This document shows, one piece after another, positions 14,554 through 27,030 of a stretch of 64,000 nucleotides of DNA; positions within the stretch are counted from its first letter, which is position 1, and each line of letters starts with the position of its first letter. The stretch spans positions 51,832,001 through 51,896,000 of the forward strand of contig NC_043000.1 in the NCBI RefSeq assembly GCF_006345805.1. Direction: 5' to 3'. The notes beneath the pieces were generated by a model that had not been told where the DNA came from, did no database searches, and was given only the letters and a program-made list of their open reading frames with translations. This DNA comes from Octopus sinensis. Its lineage: Eukaryota. A program made the translations under genes and the position numbers.

Positions 14554-15147
14554 GGTACTCTCTTTTCTGACATACCTCTTCCCCACTTTTTCTTTCACAA
14601 GGAACTAACCCATGTCTAGTAACTATTTTTGAATTACAGTGCTTGGTAAAAAACAATTACTGTTCTTTATGCTTTTGTTACTTGTCAAATAAATTTGTGT
14701 TTCTGAAATTATAACTGTTTGTGCATAGTGTATATTTCTTTAATTACAATTATATTTATTTATCTATTTTCATTTAATTTTTGGAACTGTCTCACTCTAG
14801 CTACAAAAAACTTAGTAGATGTATTCACTGCTACCACCATTGTGGTTCACCTCTCCTCTTGCTACCATAGAGATGTTTGAATTGAACCACTCATAAACAA
14901 AGTAGAATAGACAGGTTTAAAAAAAACATATTTGCACAATAAAATGTCTTAGGGTGAATCTTCTTTCCACTGTAGATAATGACATTTAAGTTTTCCAAAT
15001 CCCTTTAATGTTTAAAAAAAAAAAAAAAAGAGAAACTTTTCCATCAAGCAATCCCCTCCTCCAACTCATCTAAGTGGAACTCTATGAAACAAAAAAACAT
15101 CCACAGCAGGCAACAATAAAAATTATGGTGGTGATGATCATTACAAA

Positions 15148-15186
15148 TCTTCTTCTTCTTCTTCTTCTCCTTCTTCTTCTCCTTCT

Positions 15187-15218
<32 letters not shown>

Positions 15219-15511
15219 TTCTTCTTTTCCTTCTTCTTCTTCTCCTTTTCCTTCTTCTTTTCCTTCTTCTTCTTCTTCTTCTCCTTCTTCTTCTTCTCCT
15301 TCTTCTTCTTCTCCTTCTTCTTCTCCTTATCCTTCTTCTTCTCCTTCTTCTTCTCCTTCTTCTTCTCCTTCTTCTCCTTTTCCTTCTTCTTCTCCTTCTT
15401 CTTCTTCTCCTTCTTCTTCTCCTTTTCCTTCTTCTCCTTTTCCTTCTTCTTCTTCTTCTTCTTCTTCTTCCTCCTCCACATCATCATCATCAGCAGCAGC
15501 AGCAGCAGTAG
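15148..15511. repeat. Long (CTT/CTC)n polypyrimidine microsatellite followed by (CAT)n(CAG)n
   Basis: About 330 nt that are almost purely C/T on the + strand. Confidence 0.97.
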
Positions 15512-15848
15512 TATTATATACACTCGTTTTGTGTTAGATATCTCGTTTTCTGTAGCCATACTGGCTCTTTTGCAGTTTGATGTTTTTATTTCTCTTCAAG
15601 TACCCCCATGGTTTAAAGGACTGTGGTGTAAAATGCTTTCATCCACCAGCAAAAGACACACTTACCGGTGCCACTACTGGCCACAGCAGCATTGTTATTA
15701 TCCAGACGTGTCATCTCATGGAATGCCTACCACAATTCCACATGTCATATAATAAATACATACACAAACAGAGTGGGTTTCTGTTTCCGTAGAACGCAAC
15801 TTCCATTTATTTCCAAGCCAAATAATGTATTATAATGATAATGATGAT

Positions 15849-16083
15849 GGCGAGCTGGCAGAAACGTTAGCGCGCCGGGCAAAGTTGCTTAGCAGTATTT
15901 CGTCTGCCGTTACGTTCTGAGTTCAAATTCCGCCGAAGTCGACTTTGCCTTTCATTCTTTCGGGGTTCGATAAATAAAGTACCAGTTTCGCACTGGGGTC
16001 GATGTAATCGACTTAATCCCTTTGTCTGTCCTTGTTTGTCCCTCCCCTCTATGTTTAGCCCCTTGTGGGCAATGAAGAAATAG
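15849..16083 (+). mobile_element. SINE-B
   Basis: Near-identical to 14321-14553, CpGs retained. Confidence 0.92.
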
Positions 16084-16308
16084 ATATTCAACAGATCAGC
16101 TCTTATTGAGTAGCACTGTCTATCTAGGCTTGGTGACTATGTTAAATTAGGCAATGGATTGACATTACTACCCAAGAACATGTAAGGTTTTTAGGTAAAG
16201 GGTTTTTGCTGTAGTGTTGATGTTGTTTCAATGGTAGTAATTGTTGTGTTAGTTCTATATCAGTGTGAGTGTAGTATCGTATGGGTGACAGTAATGCTGG
16301 TGTTATTG

Positions 16309-16624
16309 TTGTAGCAGTGACACTGATAGTAGTGCTAATGTTGTATGAGTGTCATTGAAGGTAGTGTTAAGGTTGTAGTAGTGACACTGATAGTAGTGCT
16401 AATGTTGTATGAGTGTCATTGAAGGTAGTGTTGAGGTTGTAGTAGTGACACTGATAGTAGTGCTAATGTTGTATGAGTGCCATTGAAGGTAGTGTTAAGG
16501 TTGTAGTAGTGACACTGATAGTAGTGTTAATGTTGTATGAGTGTCATTGAAGGTAGTGTTATGGTTGTAGTAGTGCTAATGTTGTATGAGTGTCATTGAA
16601 GGTAGTGTTAAGGTTGTAGTAGTG
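16309..16624. repeat. 64-bp minisatellite, about 5 units
   Basis: 'gtgacactga' recurs at 16317, 16381, 16445 and 16509 (period 64). The last unit has an internal deletion. Confidence 0.97.
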
Positions 16625-17239
16625 ATGCTTGTGTTACTGTTGTAGCAATGACAGCAATGGTAGTGTTAGTGTATCAGTGCCTACAATAGTTAGTGATATT
16701 GGTGTTGTATCGGTAGCAGTTACGATCTTAGTAGTAGAAATCAAAATATTCGGTTAAAGTGTTTGTTAGTGAAAGTAGTAATGATAGTGCTACAGCTGTT
16801 TCTGACAGTGTTGTGTAAGTGTTATTTTCAAATTCTTGTTGCTATTGTGATATAGATGACGATGATGACGACAATGATGATGATAACGACAACGACGTTG
16901 ATGATGACGACTATGATTAGGTAGAAAGCAAAGCCTAAGAAATTTGATTTCAGGAACAATTACTGCTTAAGTAGTTCTCCTTGAAAAGCAAATCAAAATA
17001 AAATCAATGAAGTTCAATAGTAACTATAGCAAAGTTTACTCTATTGTAGCTGTGGTGTGTGTGTGTATGTTTATGCATGTATATGTCTGTGTGTACATGC
17101 GCAGATCTGTGCCTCTAACAATAGCATATGTATGGCATGTATAGTCACCTATTGTACATATGTTATCTATATACACACACGCATACACAGAATTATTTAT
17201 CTTTCGTTATTAATTTTGTTTCATATGTTATTGACAGTA

Positions 17240-17860
17240 GATTGGCAAATTTAGTTGAGCACCCTATAAAATGTCTTGTAGTATTTAGGTTCCTCCTTTC
17301 ACCTTCTGAGTTTAAACCAAGCCAACCACTACTACAACCTCAACACTACCTTCAATGACACTCATACAACATTAGCACTACTATCAGTGTCACTACTACA
17401 ACCTTAACACTACCTTCAATGACACTCATACAACATTAGCACTACTATCAGTGTCACTGCTACAATCATCAATAAAATATGTACCTGTCATCTACTGGGT
17501 TTGGTTTCTTCATCTTTCCTCTCTAACAAAAATTCTATAGTTTGGTGCCTATGTTAGAAATCATCATCATCATCATCATCATTAAGGTAGTAAGCTGGCA
17601 GAATCATTAGAATGTTAGACAGATTGCTTAGCAACATTTCATCTGACTCTTTATATTTTGAGTTCAAATCCCACTGAGGAGAACTTTGCTTTTTATTCTT
17701 TTGATCTGTCAGTAAAATAAATTACCAGTCTAGCAGTAGAGTGAATGATATTGACTAAGCTTCTCCCCTAAATTGATGGCCTTGTGCCTAAAATAGAAAC
17801 ACATTATTATTATTATTAAAGAAATCATCATTATCATTAGTATTATTATTATTAAAGAAA

Positions 17861-17908
<48 letters not shown>

Positions 17909-18120
17909 GGGTGGCAAGCTGGCAGAATTGTTATCACAGGCAAAACGCTTAGCGGCATTTCATCCGTTTTTACATTCTGAGTTCAACCTCTGCCAAGGTT
18001 GACTTTGACTTTCATTCCTTCAAGATTGTTAAATTAAGTAAAATGAAACATTGGAGTCGATGTGATCAACTAGTCCCCTCCTCAAAAATTTAAGGTTTTG
18101 TACCTATAGTAGAAAGGGTT
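17240..18120 (+). mobile_element. Cluster of three SINE-B copies separated by (CAT)n/(ATT)n
   Basis: Heads near 17240, 17585 and 17908 with SINE-B core motifs. Confidence 0.8.
17327..17465 (-). repeat. Exact inverted copy of minisatellite units 1-2 (16309-16447)
   Basis: 139-nt reverse complement that includes the unit-specific variants (gtagcagtga, ttaagg, ttgagg). Confidence 0.95.
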
Positions 18121-18174
18121 ATTATTATTATTATTATTATTACTAGTTGTAGTAGTAGTAGTAGTAGTAGTAGT

Positions 18175-19410
18175 TTTCCTTCTTTCAATTCTGTTCCATT
18201 TCTTGCCGAGTATCTTCCTGACACCTTAGACAAAGAAACAGACCATTAAAAGGAACACACCAAGGTTGTTCATTTATGCAATCGAACAAAGTTAGAAAAA
18301 TGTTATCAACACTAATGGCAATCGCTCTGACAACAAGAATGTCATGTACAAGTTAAAACAATCTTTTGCACTCCTTGTAGGATGTTATGCCAGGAATTAT
18401 TCTCAAATAATTTTTAGTTTCTTGTTTGATCATTTGTAGTGCTCCTACAATCACTGGTATTGTAACAGTCTTTAAGATGCTAATTTTTTTCTGATTTATA
18501 TATCTATATATATTTTCTGAGCTTGTCAAATTCTTTTGCCGAAATATTATGATCACAAGGGATACTTAAATTGATCAATAAACTGACTTTATTATTTTGG
18601 TCTTTTACAACAACATCCAGTTTATTAGCTTTCATGCCTCTGTCTCTATGTACTGGGAAGTCCCAAAGAATCAATACATTTTCTCTCTTGGTTACAGCCT
18701 CGGGGTGATGCTTATACTCCTTTTTTAACAGTTTTGAATTCATAATGCCAGCATATTAACCAGTGTAGATTTTGGCCAACTCTGTCATATCTTGATTTAT
18801 ACTCTGCTGGTGATAAAACTTTACATCCAGAGATTAAGTAGTTCACTATTTCAATCTCATCATTGAAGAACTGGTACGTAGGATCTACTCCATTTTTCAT
18901 CACATTGACTTGGTAGTCAGTAAGCTTTGATTTTGATCAGCCTTCACTCAAGGCTAAAGGCAATTCTCTGCCTCTAGCCTTGAATTTCATAGCCACTAAT
19001 GGGCATGCTTTTGGTCAACACGAACTTGTTTGATACAGGCCACATATTTGCCATGCAGAGCTTTCTGCTCCCTCATACCAGCCAATTGTCCATGCACTTT
19101 ATTCTTTGCCATTAATTTCATTCTCTTTCCAACAGCAGTGGCCACATGTCCCTCAGGCTGTCCAACTTGGGTATCATTCATAAAATTAATAGCAAATGTT
19201 TTGCTCTCTTTCAAGACAGAATGAATCTTCTTACACCTCTCATGACTTGCAATGAGTTTTAGCATCCAGTTGTTTCAAAATATCTGATCTGTCCATTTGT
19301 GGTCATTTTGTAAGAAAGTTTGAATTGGATCAAATCTTGGCCTTCTTGAGCTCTGGGAAGGTAAAAATGATCCATATGGTGTATCTTATTGCAAGTCAGC
19401 AGCTTACAAA
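18175..19410 (-). mobile_element. R4/Dong-like RLE LINE 3' remnant, degenerate
   Basis: Minus-strand frames give FYLPRAQEGQDL, KALHGKY, LISGCKVL..EYKSRYDRVGQNLHW, ILWDFPV..DR..KANKLDVVV, IPVIVGAL. The 3' end abuts (ATT)n/(AGT)n. Confidence 0.88.
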
Positions 19411-19955
19411 TTATTATTACTATTATTGTGTGAGAGAGCAACACATGCCATCAAAGTGATGCTGGGGTACATATACGAAGCCCAGTATGCCCATCATGAT
19501 AAGGGTACATTAGGCACATGCTCTCAACCATATGTGTGCAACATGGTGATTTTGTGTCAAGATAAACAGTGCATGACCTTGCATGTGGGGCCCTTTTAGA
19601 ATTTTCTTCAGGTAGAGTAGCCCATCCCACTCCAAAGGTCCCTGAATAAGGGGTTTTTAAGGATGATAAATGAAATACCCATGTTTCCAGGGTTGAATTA
19701 TTCAAACTCCAAAGAATTCTTCTCAACACATGGCTATGATGCTCCCCAATTACTTCTGCTCATGATCAATGATGCACATATTGTCAGCCACTAAGGGACA
19801 TGTTCAAGGGGTTAAGGTCAAGTAAATGACATGCAAATCTGAGGTATTGAGCAGAATATTTGCTGTAGCCCATCTTTCATACCATGACAAAACATGTACA
19901 TGATAACACAATCAGTTAAGATCAGAAGCCATGAGAGCTATTGCCAGGGCATTTG
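19411..19955. mobile_element. Unclassified interspersed-repeat-like segment abutting the R4 remnant
   Basis: Abrupt GC-richer block beginning at an (ATT)n-like run and truncating the R4 frame. No motif confidently assigned. Confidence 0.45.
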
Positions 19956-20164
19956 TTGTTATCATTTTTTTTTAAACCTTTGTATGCGATGCATTTGTCC
20001 CTTCTTTTTCAGTGTATACTGTGTATACTTACTTTCTTTCTTTTTTTTTTAATCATTTCATTATATGTAATCCCCAACACTTTATGTCTGTCTTCATATT
20101 GTCTCCCCTCATCCTTTGCCTTTGTGGTAAATAAACAAGATCATTATTATTATTGCAACAGACA

Positions 20165-20370
20165 ATGAGCTGGCAGAATCGTTAGAGCATAAAGAAAAGT
20201 GTTTTGTGCTATTGCTTCTGATTCTGAGTTCAAATTCTGTCATGGTTGACTTTGCCTTTCATTCTTTCATGGTCAATAAAATAAGTACCAGTTAATTACA
20301 GGGGTTGATGTAATTGACTTGCTCCTTCCCTTCAAAATTGCTGGCCTCAGGCCAAAATCAGAAAGAATTG
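20165..20370 (+). mobile_element. SINE-B
   Basis: 'gagctggcagaatcgttag...gactttgcctttcattc...taagtaccag'. Confidence 0.85.
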
Positions 20371-21007
20371 GTTTTGTTATTATTATTTACGATATTATAG
20401 TTATAACAATAGAGTACAATAGCACATATTCATTGAAGTTTTCCCTCCATACATTTAGCACCTAATAACTGATATTCTATTTTATTGTGTCATTTTTCTT
20501 TGTTATGAACACTAATTTCACTCTCTCTTTCTCTCACCTCTCTCTCTCTTTATCTTACCTTCATTGTCTCTTTTTCTCTTTCTTGCTTTGATACTAAAAT
20601 ATTGTTATTAAGTTTATCATTGTTTCTTTCTTCTGTCATTTACCTGTTTATTGGCCAGAGTCAAAATATTTATAGTATTCATTCCATTCCAGTTACACAG
20701 ACATTCTTCCCTTGTAATTCTTGCCATTGAAAATGGAGTGAGCCAGCAATTGGCTCATTGGAAACCTATAACCAATAATGTTATTGCTCATAAAATGCAT
20801 GATATACAAAGAGAAAAAAAGGTTGATGAATTGTGCCTTGACTGCATTCTCATTGTACTTTCCTCTTCTGCATTATCATATATCCTATCAATTCCACAAT
20901 ATTTCATGGAATTTCAATCAACTAAGCCCTTCAAAGCAGTCCTCCAGCATGGCCACGGCAAAAGAATAAGATTTTATATATATATAAGATGTACTGCAGT
21001 ACATAAG

Positions 21008-21225
21008 ATGGTGAGCTGGCAGAATCATTAGCATGCCAGACAAAATGTTTCATCATAGCATTTCATCTGTCTTTATCTTCTGAGTTCAAATTCCACCAAA
21101 GTTGGCTTTGCCTTTCATCCTTTCGGGGTCAATAAAATGATTACTAGTCAAGCAATGGTGTTGATTTGACTTACCCTGCTCCACCTCCAAAATTGCTGGC
21201 TTTGTACCAAAGTTTAAAACCAATA
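21008..21225 (+). mobile_element. SINE-B
   Basis: 'ggtgagctggcagaatcattagc...gcctttcatcctttcggggtc'. Confidence 0.85.
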
Positions 21226-21300
21226 TTTACTAAGTTAGATATATATATATATATATATATATATGCTGACGATAAACATAGGATAATTCATTCACCTACT

Positions 21301-21337
<37 letters not shown>

Positions 21338-21549
21338 CAGAATTTATGCATATTAACATATATAAATGTAATTTCATGCTTCAAAAGTTTTAGAATATAC
21401 ATATAATGTTTATAAGCATTATATTGTTATGTAATGATTTACTTTAATCATGCTAGAATAAATACACCTACTTTCATTAATGAGCATTAAGCAAAAATTT
21501 ATAAACAAGTACATGCCAACCTGTTATACATGAACCCATTCATAAATCG

Positions 21550-21900
21550 TCATCATCATCATAATCATCATCAGTTAATGTCTGTATTCCATGCTGGCAT
21601 AGGCTGGACTGATTGACAGAATACATTGAACTATAGAAGAACTATGTCAAGACCCAATGTCAGTTTTGGCATAGTTTCTACAGCTAGATCCCCTTCTTAA
21701 CACCAAGCATTTTGTAGTGTGAACTTGCTTTTGACACCAGCACTAGTGAGGTTGCCAAGTAACTTGCAAGACAAAAAGAAGGAAATGGAAAAGGTTCATT
21801 TGAGAAGGGGTATGTGGATTTATGCCAGTTGTTAAGGCCAAAGTATTATAGAAGGACAAGCACAGGTGTTTTGCCATAGAAGAAATTCATGGCTACTCAA
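21550..21900 (-). mobile_element. SINE-C-like (Meta-domain-like, (TGA)n tail), degenerate
   Basis: Reverse complement of the 22253-22607 motifs (ttccatgctggcat; tttctacagctagatccccttc). Confidence 0.7.
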
Positions 21901-22252
21901 CATTATATGAGAGTAGGTGACAATAACTTTAAGAGAAATAAAGGTGGTGGTGAAAGGGTGTAAGAGTGTATTCTCAAGATACAAGAAGATGAGTATAAGG
22001 GAGCATAGAGACCATGGATTGGGCAGTGGAAGGAAAAGATGAATAATTTAATAGGAGTATGAGAGGAGATTAATAGATAGGTAGAGATGAGGCTGGAAGT
22101 GGTTGCAATGAGTGATGAACAAAGTTTATGGTGTGGTTGATGGTAAATATCAGTATGGAACAAGGAGATGAAAGAAATAGAAGGTGGAAGTGACAAGCAG
22201 TGTCACATGAAGTGTGGAGAGCAGCATTATTATGAATCTGTAGAAGGATCAT

Positions 22253-22607
22253 TGCCAGAGCAGCTAACTGGCGTCCATGCTAGTGGCACGTAAAAAGCAC
22301 CATTCGAGTGTGATCGTTACCAGTGTTGCCTTACTGGAACTTATGCAGGTGGCACGTAAAAAAAAAAAAAGAAAACACCATATGAGTGTGGCCGTTGCCA
22401 GTACTGCCTGACTGGCTCTTGTGCTGGTGGCACGTAAAAAGCACCCACTACACTCTCGGAATGGTTGGCATTAGGAAGGGCATCCAGCTGTAGAAACTCT
22501 GCCATATCATGATTGGAGCCTGGTGCAGTCATCTGGTTCGCTAGTCCTCAGTCAAATCGTCCAACCCATGCTAGCATGGAAAGCGGACGTTAAATGATGA
22601 TGATCAT
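22253..22607 (+). mobile_element. SINE-C (Meta-domain-like core, (TGA)n tail)
   Basis: Core 'ggttggcattaggaagggcatccagctgtagaaa'. Three internal 'gtggcacgtaaaaa' repeats. Tail 'gcatggaaagcggacgttaaatgatgatgat'. Confidence 0.85.
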
Positions 22608-25149
22608 GATCAGAAAGTATGGAGATGATGTGAGAGTGGAGGTGGAGGGAGATGAACAGTGGCAGAGATGGTGGTTAGAGGTACACAAGGGTAGCTATAT
22701 ACATGTAAAACTGTAGGTACATGAATAACTACTTATTTATATTTTGCGTATTCTCAAATCATCTTATTTTCTGTGTCACTGAGTACTAAACTTAATGTAA
22801 TGTATCTAAGAGCAATGAAGCCCATAATTCTTCATACTATCCCGAGGGAGGATTATGGTTGACATAAAAAATAAAAATACAGTATCAGTTTGCTTAACGT
22901 GATGAGCTGTGACTTTGCATATCCTCTGTCTACAACCTGATGGCCTATGTCATCTGTGTATTAAGTGAATTATTGAGAAACATAGCACCAGACATAAAGT
23001 ATATTATACTGAGCCCCTAGGCTGATTGATCATGTGGTTTTATTGATTCACCTAGTTATGAAATTCTAAATGCTTGTATGTACACATTGAAATAAATGAG
23101 CAGCACAACCATTAGCCCCTCTAGAAATAGCTGTTAAATCTTCCTCAAATCATCACGCAGTAATGTAGTTCTAGGTTTATTGTATGTAATAAAGACTATA
23201 GTTATAGTTGGAATAATTTTGGTAATTGGTCAGTTCTATTAGGAGTGACCTGGAGCTGAAGAAATTACTATGCATATGGATGTGTAAACAGATTTATAAA
23301 TATATTCAAGTGTGCTTGCATGATTTTTTGGATACATGCATATATGGAAACATATTTTTGTGAAAAATGCACTCAGATGCATACACAGTAATCTCTCCCT
23401 CTCATAAATATGTACATACACCTAGTCACTTAGCTATTGGTATAAAACGTAGATGCATATATTCATATTTACAACACATAAATAGATACACTTATACACA
23501 TCTGCCCTCAGATCATGTATATTCTATAAGCTGTTGGCACTTTTAAAAATGTTCACTCCTATCCACTACCACCTAAAAGTTGGAGTAAATTGAAAAATAA
23601 TGGAATTTATTGATTTTATATCAAACCATTTTCAAAATGTGATGTCTCATCTGAAGATCTACTGTCTGTGGAATGTGTGAAAACAAGTTGTTAACGTAGA
23701 TTGACAAAGAAGTTGCCTTGACTACCAACAGATGGGGGAGATTTTTTTTTCTGTTATCTCTTATTTTTCTTCATTATATTTTTCTTTTTAATTTTTTATC
23801 TTTTTCATGTAACCAATTTCAATAGAAAGAAAAACGACAAACATTATATAAAACAATGATTAGGAAAAAATACATAAAAAACTATAAAGAAATAGAAACA
23901 AATAATACAAAAAAATTATTAAGCAAGAGATTAAATATTCAATTAGTTATAATAAATATGTGGAACAAGTAAAGATTTATTTCCTTTTTTAATTTTTTTA
24001 GAAGCAATTAAAAGAAAAATATTATCTTAAGATAAAAGTGATATTTTATTTTATTTAAATTTTTATATGCATTTATTCTTAATGTTATAAAATTTTCTTG
24101 ATCATATAACTTTACAGGGTGTGGGGTAGAAATAAAACCAAATAAATGATATAAAAGAAAATCAAATACAAAGAAACTTTTTTTAAAAAATTATTTCTAA
24201 ACTAAACTGGAATGGTCCAACTGAAAGAAATTGATATTTTGCCTTGCCTATAAAAATTCAGCTAAAACTGATTGATTTTAGCATGTATTAAGAATTGATG
24301 GAAGGACTCTATTAATGGCTTACTTTGAAGGAATATAAAACTGTCATTTTGTGGAAAATTCTATCAATAAGTGAACAAATGGAGAGTAGTATGTCGTTTC
24401 AACATATATGTCTACAATGCACAAATTGTCTTCATTCTCTGTCTGTCTTTCCCAAGCTATCATCCACATTGTCTCATCATTTTCTACTAAAACTATCTCT
24501 TTTAATCTATCACTTTCATTTCATTTTTCTGCTTCAGTAAACAATTTCATTGCAAATACCTCACACAGTAGCCATCAGTCTTTTTATAGCGTACTTCCAT
24601 AGTTCTTCCACTCAGCTCCACTTCTGTCATCACATTTCATTTAGTCAGTCCAACAAACTTAATGTTTGGAATAGGTTGTAATTTCTAACCTCTTAAAAGT
24701 TACTTCATGTGTGGAAAATTTACTTTACGCAACTAAAAGAAGAGCAAAAACAAAAACAAGGCATCATTGCCCCACAGGTATGTCTGATAGATAATATTTC
24801 ACTTTTATCATTCATATAACAGAAATCATACATATATAATTTGTAGTGGGAAAATTTGCATGAAGCATTGCAAGATTTGAACTTGAACTAACGGACACGC
24901 ACTACAATGCAGGTACTTAATGTAATGTATAAAACATTCATATTGCACATAATAGTAGGGCTTGAGAACCAGTTATGAAACAGAAAGCAGAGATATGAAA
25001 CAATGTTTGAAATTATCCTTGTTGTAATTAATCAAATATAGTAATTGTCCTTGTAATTAATCAAATGTGACATGATATGTAATTAGTAGATGACATCAGT
25101 TTACAACATTTTTAGTTTACAAACTTTTAAAAGATAATTGGTGAATAGT

Positions 25150-25311
25150 ACGCAGAAGTGGCTGTGTCGTAAGTAGCTTGCTTACGAACCACATGGTTCT
25201 GGGTTAAGTCCCACTGCGTGGTACCTTGGGCAAGTGTCTTCTACTCTAGCCTCGGGTCAACCAAAGCTTTGTGAGTGAATTTGGTAGACGGCAACTGAAA
25301 GAAGCCCGTCG

Positions 25312-25405
<94 letters not shown>

Positions 25406-25640
25406 CTGTGTGTCTGTGGGAGGTTTGTGTGTCTGTGTTTGTCTCCCCAACATCGCTTGACAACCGATGCTGGTGTGTTTACGTCCCTGTAACTTAGTGG
25501 TTCAGCAAAAGAGACTGATAGAAAAAGTACTAGGCTTACAAAGAATAAGTCCTAGGGTCGATTGCTTGTCTAAAGGTGGTGCTCCAGCATGGCTGCAGTC
25601 AAATGACTGAAACAAGTAAGAGAGTAAAGAGAAAGAGTAA
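25150..25640 (+). mobile_element. SINE-A, full length with (TA)n/(TG)n interior
   Basis: Matches 39267-39675 end to end. Confidence 0.93.
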
Positions 25641-25741
25641 ATAGATGCTCCCTATTGATCATATATTTAAAGATAGAAGCAGATATGGAAACTATTTCGA
25701 CTTTGCTTTCGGTATGCATTTCTGTTTCTTAACTCACAATA

Positions 25742-26097
25742 GTGGTTTCCAATTTTGGCACATGGCCAACAATTTTGAGGAAGGGGGCAAATTGATTACA
25801 TCGACCCCAGTGCTCAACTGGTACTTATTTTATTGATTTCGAAATGATAAAAGGCAAAGTCAGCTGCAGCAGAATTTGGACTCAGAATGTAAAGATGGAT
25901 GAAATACAGCTAATCATTTTACCCAGTATGCTAATGATTAGATTGAACCCCAGTATGCAGCTGGTGCTTAATTTATACACCCCAAAAGGATGAAAGACAA
26001 AGTTGACCTTGGCAGAATTTGAACTCAGAATGTAAAGACAGGAAATGCTGCTAAGCATTTTGCCTGGCATCCTAACGTTTCTGCCAGCTCACCGCCT
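25742..26097 (-). mobile_element. Two nested or tandem SINE-B copies
   Basis: 'ctcagaatgtaaag' occurs twice. Head 'ctgccagctcaccgcc' near 26081-26096. Confidence 0.85.
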
Positions 26098-26159
26098 TCT
26101 TGTGCATATATATTAAAGACATATTAAGAATATTTTAAATACTTAAAGTATATGTACAT

Positions 26160-26590
26160 AGGCACAGGAGTTCGTGTGTGGTAAGAAGCTTGCTTCCCAA
26201 TTACATGGTTTTGGGGTCAGTTCCATTATAGTAGAAGACACTTGCCCCTTGGGCAAGTGTCTTCTACTATAGCCTCGGGCCAACCAAAGCCTTGTGAGTG
26301 GATTTGGTAGACAGAAACTGAAAGAACCTTTCGAATATATATATATATATATATATATGTAAGTATGTATGTATGTATGTATGTATGTATGTATTTGTGT
26401 GTCTGTGTTTGTCCATTGCTTGACAACCAATGCTGGTGTGTTTATGTCCCTGTAACTTAGCAGTTCAGCAAAGGAGACCAAAAGAATAAGTACTAGGCTT
26501 ACAAGGAATAAGTCCAGGGGTTGATTTGTTCGACTAAAGGTGGTGCTCCAGCATGGCTGCAGTCAAAATGACTGAAACAAGTAAAAGAGT
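26160..26590 (+). mobile_element. SINE-A with internal 21-bp fold-back
   Basis: Full SINE-A with a perfect inverted repeat at 26227-26247 / 26251-26271. Confidence 0.92.
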
Positions 26591-26819
26591 ATATGTTTGC
26601 ACATATTTATAATATGAATTTATAATATGAATGTAATGTCTTTGTGACTCCTTGTTTTGACATTATGTAATACTTGTAAAAAAAGGTGAGTTGTTACAAG
26701 TGATGTCCTTTATTTTCAGTCTTCCGTGAAAACATATCCATCATAAAAAATCTACCTTAACAAGCATGAAAAAGTGGACATTAAAATAATAATGATATAT
26801 GTGTGTGTGTGTCTATATT

Positions 26820-27030
26820 AAAACACTGGTGCTAGTGCCATGTAAAAAAAATTCAGTACACTCTGTAAAGTAAAGGGCTTTAGGAAGGGCAATTTGCTGT
26901 AAAGAAAAAAACCATGCCAGAGCAGATAATGGATGGAGCCTGGTGTGCCCCCAGTTTTACCAGCTCCTGTCAAACCATCCAATCCATGGAAAATGGAGAT
27001 TAAAGGATGATTATCATCATTATCATCGAG
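26820..27030 (+). mobile_element. SINE-C-like
   Basis: 'ttaggaagggcaatttgctgtaaag...caaaccatccaatccatggaaaatggagattaaaggatgat'. Confidence 0.7.

Noticed and set aside
15044-15559. 171-aa poly-K/E and 145-aa poly-L ORFs
   Set aside because: Translations of the (CTT)n microsatellite. No splice context or domain.
16309-16624. CRISPR-like regular repeats
   Set aside because: The units are contiguous with no unique spacers, there are no cas genes, and the context is eukaryotic.
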